A stretch of DNA of 64,000 nucleotides from Calditrichia bacterium. Its GTDB lineage: Bacteria > Calditrichota > Calditrichia > RBG-13-44-9 > J075. Position numbers and translations under genes: made by a program. Of this stretch, positions 19,142-28,306 are shown piece by piece. Each line of letters begins with the position of its first letter. Position 1 is the first letter of the stretch. The stretch spans positions 93,456 to 157,455 of the forward strand of contig JACKAQ010000002.1 in NCBI GenBank assembly GCA_020634975.1. The letters are read 5' to 3'. Below the pieces are notes generated by a model, which saw only the letters and a program-made list of their open reading frames with translations, ran no database searches and was not told the origin of the DNA.

Positions 19142-19903
19142 TTAACGCGCCATCCACCCGCCGTCCACGGTGAGCAAATGCCCGTTTACATAATCTGATG
19201 CTTTTGATGCGAGAAAAATAGCCACACCCGCCAGATCTGCCGGTGTTCCCCAACGTTCCGCCGGAATTCGTGCGCTGATCGCGCTGTTCCGTTCCGGATT
19301 TTCCCGCAGCGCTTTGGTGTTGTCCGTAACCATGTATCCGGGTGCAATTGCGTTAATGCAAATGCCATCCTTTGCCCATTCGTTTGCCAAAGCTTTGGTA
19401 ATTTGCGCGACCGCGCCTTTGCTGGCCGCATACGACGGCACCGTAATGCCGCCGGAAAAACTGAGCAGCGAAGCGATGTTGATAATTTTGCCATAATTCC
19501 GTTTCATCATATCCCGAGCGCAAAGCTGGCTCAAAAAGAACACGGTTTTGGCATTCAGATCCATCACGTCGTCCCAATCTTTTTCCGAGAAATCGATAGC
19601 CGGTTTGCGGCGGATAATCCCGGCATTGTTGACCAAAATATCCACTTTGCCGAAATTGTCCAGCGTGGCGTTAACCACCTGTTCCATCACTGCCATTTGG
19701 GAAAGATCGCCGTGCAACGTGAGCACTTTGCGACCCATTTTGCGAATTTGTGATGCAACTTCGTCCCTTTCGCGGTGATCAACCAGCACAATATCTGCGC
19801 CGGCGCTGGCAAGCCCCAACGACATGCCGGAACCCAAGCCGGTGCTGCCACCGGTGACAATTGCTGTCTTTCCTGATAAATCAAACCAATTCATAATAGT
19901 CAC
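19142..19903 (-). CDS. kduD: 2-dehydro-3-deoxy-D-gluconate 5-dehydrogenase
   Basis: 253 aa, collinear with E. coli KduD as I recall it: GKTAIVTGGSTGLGSGMSLGLASAGADIV, DILVNNAGIIRR, FSEKDWDDVMDLN, NEWAKDGICINAIAPGYM, ASDYVNGHLLTVDGGWMAR. Confidence 0.85.
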   Translation of the reverse strand: MTIMNWFDLSGKTAIVTGGSTGLGSGMSLGLASAGADIVLVDHRERDEVASQIRKMGRKVLTLHGDLSQMAVMEQVVNATLDNFGKVDILVNNAGIIRRKPAIDFSEKDWDDVMDLNAKTVFFLSQLCARDMMKRNYGKIINIASLLSFSGGITVPSYAASKGAVAQITKALANEWAKDGICINAIAPGYMVTDNTKALRENPERNSAISARIPAERWGTPADLAGVAIFLASKASDYVNGHLLTVDGGWMAR

Positions 19904-19916
19904 ATTTTGTTTAAAT

Positions 19917-19952
19917 ATCGCGTCGCTGCCAACCGTACGGCAGCGACGCGAT
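19917..19952 (-). other. perfect 14-bp-stem hairpin between the giant beta-helix gene and kduD
   Basis: atcgcgtcgctgcc-aaccgtac-ggcagcgacgcgat. On the coding (minus) strand it is followed by ATATTTAAAC rather than a clean U tract, so it is a weak terminator, attenuator or processing site. Confidence 0.45.
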
Positions 19953-22350
19953 GGATGGAAAATTCAGATTATTTCATCAAAATCATCTTCTGGATTTTTA
20001 CAAAATTTTCAGCTTCGAAACGGTAAATGTAGATACCCGTGGCAACGGAACTGCCCAGATCATTTCTGCCATCCCACGCTATTTTGTAAAATCCGGGTTC
20101 GAACGATTGGTTGGCGAGTGTGCGCACTTTTTGTCCGAGAATGTTGTACACTACCAGCGAAACAACGCTCACCTTCGGCACCTGGAAATTGAAATTGGTG
20201 CTCGGGTTGAACGGGTTCGGGTAGTTCGGGCTGATATCGAACACTTTCGGCAACGCCGAATCGTTATCGATGCCGACCATCAGTTTGAAGATTGCCGTAA
20301 CGGATTTGTGCCCATCCATCGTCAGCGAATCCGGGTTGTTATTGCCGGTGAGATCGCCGGTCCATTCCAGAAATTCCCAATTGGCTTCCGGAATTGCGGT
20401 TAACGTGACCACTGTTCCCGGATCGTAAGTTAAACCGATCGGCGGGGGGCTGAGGGTTACGCTGCCGGAATCGACAACCGCAACTGTCAGAGAAACGGTA
20501 ACCGGCGTGTTGGTTGCCCAATTCAAATCGCCGATGGCTTCGCCGTCCGAGCCGAGCCCGTACAGGTGCGAAGTTGGCAGCAAGGTGTAATTCAGGCTGT
20601 CTGCGGCTTCGTATTGCGGATCGATGCCATACAAAAATTCCTCAGCAACCGTTGCGCCTTTGGTGCCTTTGATCGGCACGGGCAGCACGTTGAAAGTATC
20701 GATGTGGGTAATTGTGGAGCCGTTACCCTGAATTTCCATGATATCCGCATCGCGACCGTGACCGGATTGGCGACTATTGGAAACGATGATATCGCGAACC
20801 ACTGCGCCGCCGCTGTTTTTCAGGAAAAATACCCGGGTGGCGGAATTGTTGATGGTGATGTGCTCGAGAAATACCGGCGCATCGGCAGTCAGCGTATCGA
20901 GATCGGAGTAGTAACGGACGCATTCCGCATCGATATTCGTGAATGAACAGTTGCGGATAATCAGCGAATCCAGCGCGCGATCGGTCACATATTTTTCCGT
21001 TTCGGAGATGCGGATTGCTTCATAACCGAAGTTATCGAAGGTGCAATCTTCAAAACGAATGGTTCCGGCAACCAGATCAACATCCAGTTTGATGGCGTGA
21101 CCGTCTGCCAGCGGGTTGTTCAATTCGTAGAAATTTTTGAAATCGACATCGATTGCGGTGACATTTGTGCCGGTTCGAACCGAATCTGTGCCGGTGTAAT
21201 GCCGCAGGCGAATCGCATATTTCATACCGTAGCTGAGCGGATGTGCCCCATCGACCACCACGCCGCGCAGATAAAAATCATCGAAAACGCGAAACACATC
21301 GAGGTTGGCGTGTTCGGGATCGCTGTGGGTGATAATGGGTTTTTCCGCCAAACCGTCGGCAGCGACAATCGCGAGCGGTTTCAAAATCGCCACGTCGGAA
21401 GTGCTGTAAGAGGTGTAAACCCCGCCGCTGGTCACCAGCCGGATGGTATCAACCGATGCGTTATTGTTGGCAAATTCGACCGCATCGCGCAGATCCCAGG
21501 TGGTGTCGATTTCCAGAACGTGGTTGGGCACCACAATTTCCTGGAAAACGGCGGTCACGGCTTTGTCGCCATTCATTAAAATAGATTCCGGGTTGGTGGC
21601 GGTTGCCACATCGCCCTGCCATTCGACAAATTCCCAGCCGAGTGCGGCTTCGGCGGTCAACATAACGACGGTGCTGCTGTCGTATGTGCCCAAAACCGGT
21701 TCGGGATCGAGTAAAATTGCACCCTGCCCGACGGTGTCGAGTGTCAGCGTGTATTGGGTGAAAATGCTCGCGAAGCTGGCGGTTACCTGCATATTGGAAT
21801 CGACCGCCACGGTGATGGGATTTTGGGTATCGTTCACATCGCCAAACCATTCCACAAATTCCCAATTGGGGCGGGCGGTTGCGGTGATGGTTACCATCGT
21901 GCCCTGGTCATACGTGCCGTTAGCGGACGGCTCGGGGTCGAGCGTCACAAAACCCAAACCGAGCGTGTCGACCGTCAGCGTAACTTGCGGCGCGTTGCTC
22001 ACAAATGTGGCGATCACGGTCTGATCGCTGTTCATCGTGATGTTCACCGGGTTAGCGTTCGGCGGGAAAACGTTGCCGGTCCATTGCGAAAAATCGTATC
22101 CGGGACCGGGAATTGCGGTCATAGTTACCACGGTGCCGGGAGTGTAAATGCCGCCGGGCGGATCGAGCGTAACTGTCCCGTTTCCAACGGTTTGGATATT
22201 CAAATAAACTTGCGACGGCAACACTTCCCATCGCAAATCGCCCATTGCGCGACCGTCATCGGCGGCGAGGCGTGCCGGTGAGGTTGCACCGAGGCGATAG
22301 TCGTTTTCGGTCGGATTGTTATACAACGGATCGTCGCCGATCATTCCGCT

Positions 22351-23087
22351 GCCGATGCTGGAGGAGCCGTTGGTTTTCACCGGAAAAACGTTGAAGGTAT
22401 CGCTGAACGAAATGGTTGAGTTGCCATACAATTCAACCGAAGTGCCCTGCGCACCGCCCTGATTGGTGAAAATCGAGTTTTTGATTTCCACATCGGTAAC
22501 GTCGCGGGGATACACCATGCGTTTGTTTTCGGCGTAGCTGATCGAATCGAATGTGCAATGGTTGATGCGCACCACCGGATCGCTGAATTCGATGTAAATC
22601 GCTTCGCGCCCGATGCGGGTAAAGGTGCAGTTATCCACTTCGACGTATTCGATATTCGGACCGCCGGCGGAAGTGCTTTCGCGGAGGAGCAACCCTTCGT
22701 TGCGGGCTTCGTCGAGAATGCTGCGGCGCAAAATAATCGAATCGGCGGAAGTGTTGGCGTGTGCTTTCACAATCGCTTCGGTGAAGTGGCGCATCACGCA
22801 GTCTTCAATTTTCAACTGGAAGCGGATGGAATCCGCCGGTGTGTTGATATCCTGCGACCGCACCGCATTTTTGGCGTGGGCGGTAGTGCTGCCGTCGATG
22901 CTGCCATCGAGATACAATCCCTGCAGGAACAGCTCGCCGCCGCCTGAATTTCGAACAACCGTGCGCTGGATGCGGCAGCGTTCGTGTTCCGAACGACTGG
23001 CATTTGCGCCAAACCTTCGGCAGCGCGAATGGTTAACTTCTTGTTTACAATAATCTTATCTGTGTCGGATGTGATATACAATCCGCC
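22351..23087. repeat. copy B of a 737-bp near-identical tandem duplication
   Basis: Manual alignment to 23321-24057 (offset 970/969). I count 9 substitutions plus two 1-nt indels. Flanking module sequence is homologous but far more diverged. Confidence 0.9.
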
Positions 23088-23320
23088 GCTGGTGATCAAT
23101 TCAATGATATCGCCATCGGCAGCCCCATCGATTGCAGCCTGAATGGTGCCGTCGCCGCCGGTATTTTATGCACTACCGGATCGTTGATGGTGGGGTCCCA
23201 ACGTCTGTCGCCCATCGATTTTCCGTCATCTGCCATTCCGATGAGCGGGGAGTTGTCGTCGAGTGTGTAATCGTTATTTGCCGGATCAAGATAAAGCGGA
23301 TCTTCGTTCAGCATTCCTGC

Positions 23321-24057
23321 GCCGACGCTGGAGGAGCCGTTGGTTTTCACCGGAAAAACGTTGAAGGTATCGCTGAACGAAATGGTCGAGTTGCCATACA
23401 ATTCAACCGAAGTGCCCTGCGCACCGCCCTGATTGGTGAAAATCGAGTTTTTGATTTCCACATCGGTAACGTCGCGGGATACACCATGCGTTTGTTTTCG
23501 GCGTAGCTGATCGAATCGAATGTGCAATGGTTGATGCGCACCACCGGATCGCTGAATTCGATGTAAATCGCTTCGCGCCCGATGCGGGTAAAGGTGCAGT
23601 TATCCACTTCGACGTATTCGATATTCGGACCGCCGGCGGAAGTGCTTTCGCGGAGGAGCAGCCCTTCGTTGCGGGCTTCGTCGAGAATGCTGCGGCGCAA
23701 AATAATCGAGTCGGCGGAAGTGTTGGCGTGTGCTTTCACAATCGCTTCGGTGAAATGGCGCATCACGCAGTCTTCAATTTTCAACTGAAAGCGGATGGAA
23801 TCCGCCGGTGTGTTGATATCCTGCGACCGCACCGCATTTTTGGCGTGGGCGGTAGTGCTGCCGTCGATGCTGCCATCGAGATACAATCCCTGCAGGAACA
23901 GCTCGCCGCCGGCCTGAATTTCGAACAAGCGTGCGCTGGATGCGGCAGCGTTCGTGTTCCGAACGACGGGCATTTGCGCCAAACCTTCAGCTGCGCGAAT
24001 GGTTAACTTCTTGTTTACAATAATCTTATCTGTGTCGGATGTGATATACAATCCGCC
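23321..24057. repeat. copy A of a 737-bp near-identical tandem duplication
   Basis: See copy B. Copy A has GGG where copy B has GGGG (23476-23478 versus 22506-22509). Copy B has gccgccgcc where copy A has gccgccggcc. Confidence 0.9.
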
Positions 24058-24268
24058 ACCGTCCACCAGTTCGAGAATGTCGCCATCGGCGGCAACGTCA
24101 ATCGCTGCCTGAATGGTACCGTCGCCGGCGCTCACCGGAGTGACGGTTTGAGCAACGGCGGAGCCAATCATCAACAGAGCAGAAAGGCTTGCCCAAAAGC
24201 AAAGCTTGGTAACCATCTTCATCATTAAGGTCCTCCTGTGGATTATTAATTTGAACAATTTTTCTCTA

Positions 24269-25564
24269 TTAAAACCCGAACCAGCGCGGTAACGCCAGCG
24301 TCAGTTCCGGGATTGAAACGATCAGAATAAGTGCGAAAATCATTGCGACATACATCGGGAGCAGCGGCTTCACGATTTCCGTTAGCGAAACTTTGGCGAC
24401 GCCGCAACCCACAAACAGCACGGTGCCGACCGGCGGTGTGCACAATCCGATGCACAAATTCAGCACCATCATGATCCCGAACAGCAGCGGATCGATGCCG
24501 ATGGTTTGGGCAACCGGCAGAAAAACCGGGGTAAAAATGAGAATCGCCGGTGTCATGTCCATAAATGTGCCGACGATGAGCAGCACCAGATTCATAATCA
24601 ATAAAATGACCAGCTTGTTTTCGCTGAGCGCCAGTAAAGTTGTGGTGATGTTTTGGGGAATATTTTCATACGACAGCACCCACGAGAGCGCCATCGATGT
24701 GCCGATCAGCAGCATCACCACCGCAGTGGTTCCGGCGGATTCCAGCAAAATGGATTCGAGATCGGAAAATTTGACTTCGCGATAAACGAACATCGCCAAA
24801 ATCAACGCATAAATAACAGCGATTGCAGCAGCTTCCGTCGCAGTAAAAATGCCCGCAACGATGCCGCCGATGACGATAAAAATCAGCGTGAGGCTGAGCA
24901 GCGCATCGCCCAAACGACGTCCGACTTCACTGGCAGAAACACGTTCGCCGCGACCGTAGCCTTCTTTTTTGGCGATAAACGCGGCAACCGCCATCAGCGC
25001 CAAACCGAGGATGGTGCCGGGAATATATCCGGCGATAAAGAGCGCACCAATCGAGACGCCGCCGCTTGCCAGCGAATAAATAATCAGCACATTGCTCGGC
25101 GGGATGATCAGCCCGGTGGTTGCGGAAGTGACGTTTACCGCCGCGCTGAAACCCGGATCGTAACCGTTTTCCACCATTCGCGGGTGCATAAATGAGCCGA
25201 TCGCCGCCGCTGATGCCACCGCCGAACCGGAAATCGCGCCGAACAGCATCGACGAAATAATGTTCACCAACGCCAGCCCGCCGGGAAACGAACCAACCAG
25301 CGCTTTGGCAAATTCCACCAGTCGTTTGGCGAGTCCGCCCCGCGCCATCAGCGTTCCGGAAAGGATGAAAAAGGGAATCGCCAGCAGCGTAAATTTGTCC
25401 AAACCTGTGGCAACCCGTTGCGCGATGGTGCTCACCGCCGGCGTAAAATCCACATTTACCATCAGTGTCAGCATCGTCGAAAGCCCGATGCTCACGGCAA
25501 TCGGCACGTTCAGCATCAGCAGAACCGCAAAACTGGCAACCAGAATGAAAACGTCAATAGTCAT
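24269..25564 (-). CDS. dctM: TRAP transporter large permease subunit
   Basis: 431-aa polytopic membrane protein with typical DctM organisation. Lies adjacent to DctQ and DctP homologues. Confidence 0.85.
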   Translation of the reverse strand: MTIDVFILVASFAVLLMLNVPIAVSIGLSTMLTLMVNVDFTPAVSTIAQRVATGLDKFTLLAIPFFILSGTLMARGGLAKRLVEFAKALVGSFPGGLALVNIISSMLFGAISGSAVASAAAIGSFMHPRMVENGYDPGFSAAVNVTSATTGLIIPPSNVLIIYSLASGGVSIGALFIAGYIPGTILGLALMAVAAFIAKKEGYGRGERVSASEVGRRLGDALLSLTLIFIVIGGIVAGIFTATEAAAIAVIYALILAMFVYREVKFSDLESILLESAGTTAVVMLLIGTSMALSWVLSYENIPQNITTTLLALSENKLVILLIMNLVLLIVGTFMDMTPAILIFTPVFLPVAQTIGIDPLLFGIMMVLNLCIGLCTPPVGTVLFVGCGVAKVSLTEIVKPLLPMYVAMIFALILIVSIPELTLALPRWFGF

Positions 25565-25608
25565 ATGCTTATCGAGGTTAAGTTACTGTTTTTTAATTTG
25601 ATAACAGA

Positions 25609-26076
25609 CTAATCTTCGGGATAAACCAACGCATCAATTGCGTAATAAATCATCAACATCCCGCTGATGGGAATAACGGTGTACACATAACCAACCGGCA
25701 CTTTGAACGCCGCAGAAAGCTGGTTCAGATACAGCGTCGTGTAAACCAATCGCGATCCGCCGTAAACAAAAACAATCACGGCAAATGCGATAACTGCAGA
25801 ATAAATAATAAGTTGTGAAACAGTTTTTGCGCGACCTTCCAATTTGCGGGTGAAAATATCGATGCCCAAATGGGCACGGTTCCGTAACGCCCAGGCAGCA
25901 CCGAGCAAACTGATCCAGATCAGCAAATACGTCGAAAGTTCCTCGGTGTACGAGCTGGGACTGTTGAGGACATAACGGGTGATCACCTGCCAGGTCACCA
26001 CAATGACCATCAGCGCCATCAGCCACACCAGAATTTTTTTCAACGCAGCGTCAATCAGTTGGGTTAAGGCTTTCAT
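25609..26076 (-). CDS. dctQ: TRAP transporter small permease subunit
   Basis: 155 aa with four hydrophobic spans. VITRYVLNSPSSYTEELSTYLLIWISLLGAAWA is DctQ-like. 4-bp overlap with the dctP stop. Confidence 0.8.
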   Translation of the reverse strand: MKALTQLIDAALKKILVWLMALMVIVVTWQVITRYVLNSPSSYTEELSTYLLIWISLLGAAWALRNRAHLGIDIFTRKLEGRAKTVSQLIIYSAVIAFAVIVFVYGGSRLVYTTLYLNQLSAAFKVPVGYVYTVIPISGMLMIYYAIDALVYPED

Positions 26077-27095
26077 TCTGTGGCTCCTTTCAGCGAATCT
26101 GCGGTTGCGGTGTCGTTCTCCGGTGGCAGATTCTGGATACGTTCTGCGAGCTTGCCCATTTCGGTGCCTTTCAGGTCATCGTAAATTGGCTGAACGGAAG
26201 CCAGAAACGGCTGTTTGTCCGGACGAATGACGGTAACGCCTTTCTCGACCACCGCTTTCAGCGATTCCTCGGTCATGTCATCCCATAATTTTCGCTGGAA
26301 TGCGACCGACTCTTGCACAGCCTGATCCAGCCATTGCTGTTCCTGCGGCGATAGTTTTTCCCAAACGTGGGTGCTCATCATCAGCACATCCGGCGGGGCG
26401 GAGTGTTCGTCCAAAACCAGATAATCGCAAAGCTCGAAGAATTTGTTTTGAAAAAAGTTAGGCGGATTATTTTCAGCACCGTCCACAACCCCTTGCTGCA
26501 ATGCGGAATACAGTTCGCCCCAAGCCAGCGGCGTTGCGTTTCCGCCGAGCAGGTTCACGGTCTGGATTTGCAGGTTGCTGCGCATCACCCGAATTTTTAA
26601 CCCGTTCAGGTCTTCCGGCGATTCAACGGCAGTGTTGCGCAGAAAAAAGCTGCGGAAACCGGCGTCGTAATAGCACAATCCGCGCAGCCAGTATTGTTCG
26701 CCTTTCAGCAAAATTTCCTGCCCGATTTCGCCGTTGAACACCTGCCAGTAATGATTCGCATCGCGGAACAAATAGGGGAGGGAATAAACGCCCATTTCCG
26801 GCACGAAATTTTCCACCACCGCGGAGGATACTTTCGCGATGTCCAGCGATCCCAACTGAAGCAATTCCAATGTTTCGCGCTCATTGCCGAGCTGGCTGCC
26901 GGGATACAAAATGACTTTCATTTTGCCGCCGGATAACGCTTCCAGCCGTTCACCCAAATGCGCCATTCCTTTGTGCACCGGTGAATTCACATCCAGCACA
27001 TGCGCCAGCCGCAGCGTGCGAACCTGTTCGCCGGATTGACACGCCAGCAGCAGTGCAACGCATCCGGCAAAAATTATGGTGATTGTTTTTTTCAT
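26073..27095 (-). CDS. dctP: TRAP transporter substrate-binding protein (lipoprotein)
   Basis: 340 aa. Lipobox LLACQSG. DctP-type blocks: LRLAHVLDVNSPVHKG, LKIRVMRSNLQIQTVNLLGGNATPLAWGELYSALQQGVVDGAENN. Confidence 0.85.
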   Translation of the reverse strand: MKKTITIIFAGCVALLLACQSGEQVRTLRLAHVLDVNSPVHKGMAHLGERLEALSGGKMKVILYPGSQLGNERETLELLQLGSLDIAKVSSAVVENFVPEMGVYSLPYLFRDANHYWQVFNGEIGQEILLKGEQYWLRGLCYYDAGFRSFFLRNTAVESPEDLNGLKIRVMRSNLQIQTVNLLGGNATPLAWGELYSALQQGVVDGAENNPPNFFQNKFFELCDYLVLDEHSAPPDVLMMSTHVWEKLSPQEQQWLDQAVQESVAFQRKLWDDMTEESLKAVVEKGVTVIRPDKQPFLASVQPIYDDLKGTEMGKLAERIQNLPPENDTATADSLKGATE

Positions 27096-27119
27096 ATCGC
27101 CCGATTATTGCTCGATTGT

Positions 27120-27458
27120 TTATTGAAGAAATTCTTCGCGAACCGGCGTAAACACATCCACCAGCACGCCATCTTCCAACGCCACACAGCCGTGAACCTG
27201 ATCTGCCGGAACAAAAAAGCTGTCGCCCGCTTCCAGCACTTCCTTTTTTCCGTCGATATGCACTTCAAAGCGCCCCTTTTCAACGAGGGTTACCTGCAGG
27301 TGCGGGTGGCTGTGTGCTTCGCCGACGGCGCCTTTTTTGAAGAATACGCGAACCATCATCAGTTCGGGATTGTAGCCCAGAATTTTGCGCGATAAGCCAT
27401 CGCCAACGTGTTCCAGTTCAATGTTTTTGTTTTTGATAAATACGTTTGAAGCAGACAT
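27120..27458 (-). CDS. kdgF: small cupin, KdgF-like (unsaturated uronate linearisation)
   Basis: 112-aa single cupin (GEAHSHPHLQVTLVEKGRFEV...GDSFFVPADQVHG). Size and position between a uronate-type SDR and the transporter match KdgF genes of pectin and alginate loci. Confidence 0.6.
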   Translation of the reverse strand: MSASNVFIKNKNIELEHVGDGLSRKILGYNPELMMVRVFFKKGAVGEAHSHPHLQVTLVEKGRFEVHIDGKKEVLEAGDSFFVPADQVHGCVALEDGVLVDVFTPVREEFLQ

Positions 27459-27505
27459 TGTTCAACTCCATAACTAAATAAAATTATTGCACTTACGGCA
27501 GTATG

Positions 27506-28261
27506 CTAAACAAAATATAAACCGCCGTTAATTTCGATAGACTCGCCATTGATGTAAGACGAAGCATCCGTTGCCAAAAAGAAAATGGCGTTTGCCACAT
27601 CCGCTGCGGTGCCTTCGCGATCCGCCAACGTTGCGTTCACGGTATTTTTCCGGGCTTCTGCTGGCGTGAATTTGTCGTGAAATGTGGTGTCGATCAATCC
27701 CGGCGAAACGCAATTCACCCGGATATGCCTGCTTTTTAATTCCTTCGCAAATCCGCGGGTAAACGTGAGCACACCGCCTTTGGCTGTGGCATAAGCCACT
27801 GCGCCGCCACCGCCGCCGTTGCGTGCCGCCAACGTGGACAAATTGACAATCGAACCGTTATCCGCCATATGCGGCACAAATGCCTTGCTCACCAAAAAAA
27901 CACTTTTGAGATTCAGTGTAATCACCTGATCCCAAAAAGATTCTTCCATTTCAACAATCTGTTTGCGTCCAACCAGTCCGCCGGCGTTATTTACCAACAC
28001 TTGCACCGGTTTGTTAAATGCCTTGAGTGTTTCCGAAACAAGCTGTGCAACGCCTGCTGAAGTACTGACATCTGCTTTTACGGCAACGGCATCGCCACCG
28101 GCTTTTTTGACCAATTCAACGGTTTCTGCTGCTGCGGATTCGCTGGCGAGATAATTGACAATAACAGACATGCCGTTTTCGCCAAATTTTACGCACGTTG
28201 CCCGCCCGATATCGCGCCCGCCGCCGGTTACGACAGCTACTTTACCTGTTAAATTTTCCAT
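27506..28261 (-). CDS. SDR-family oxidoreductase (candidate 4-deoxy-L-erythro-5-hexoseulose uronate reductase)
   Basis: 251 aa. TGGGRDIG Rossmann motif, NNAG, and a Y-x-x-x-K catalytic motif (YATAK). The specific substrate is inferred from context only. Confidence 0.75.
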   Translation of the reverse strand: MENLTGKVAVVTGGGRDIGRATCVKFGENGMSVIVNYLASESAAAETVELVKKAGGDAVAVKADVSTSAGVAQLVSETLKAFNKPVQVLVNNAGGLVGRKQIVEMEESFWDQVITLNLKSVFLVSKAFVPHMADNGSIVNLSTLAARNGGGGGAVAYATAKGGVLTFTRGFAKELKSRHIRVNCVSPGLIDTTFHDKFTPAEARKNTVNATLADREGTAADVANAIFFLATDASSYINGESIEINGGLYFV

Positions 28262-28306
28262 ATGTAAACTCCAAAATGTGATAGTTTTGGTTCCGTAAAT
28301 CTGATT

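Larger units (their letters stand above)
19969..24225 (-). pseudogene. giant multi-domain beta-helix / InlB-B-repeat-like T9SS cargo protein, interrupted by three single-base frameshifts
   Basis: Four consecutive minus-strand ORFs (24258-23347, 23527-23096, 23099-22812, 22917-19969) lie in frames 0,1,2,0. They encode collinear pieces of one protein. The order is: signal peptide MMKMVTKLCFWASLSALLMIGSAVAQ after AGGAGG, beta-helix module A, a duplicated module B, three V-T-L-x-P...F-x-x-W-x-G-D repeats, a second beta-helix domain, one more repeat and the CTD (NYPNPFNPSTNF...KMILMK). Restoring one base at about 23477, 23165 and 22943 gives a 1419-codon frame. Confidence 0.7.

Noticed and set aside
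22351-24057. Diversity-generating retroelement (template/variable repeat) explanation for the near-identical repeats
   Set aside because: The 9 substitutions are mostly ordinary transitions in both directions and are not confined to adenines of one copy. The repeat is much longer than DGR TR/VR pairs. No reverse transcriptase is nearby.
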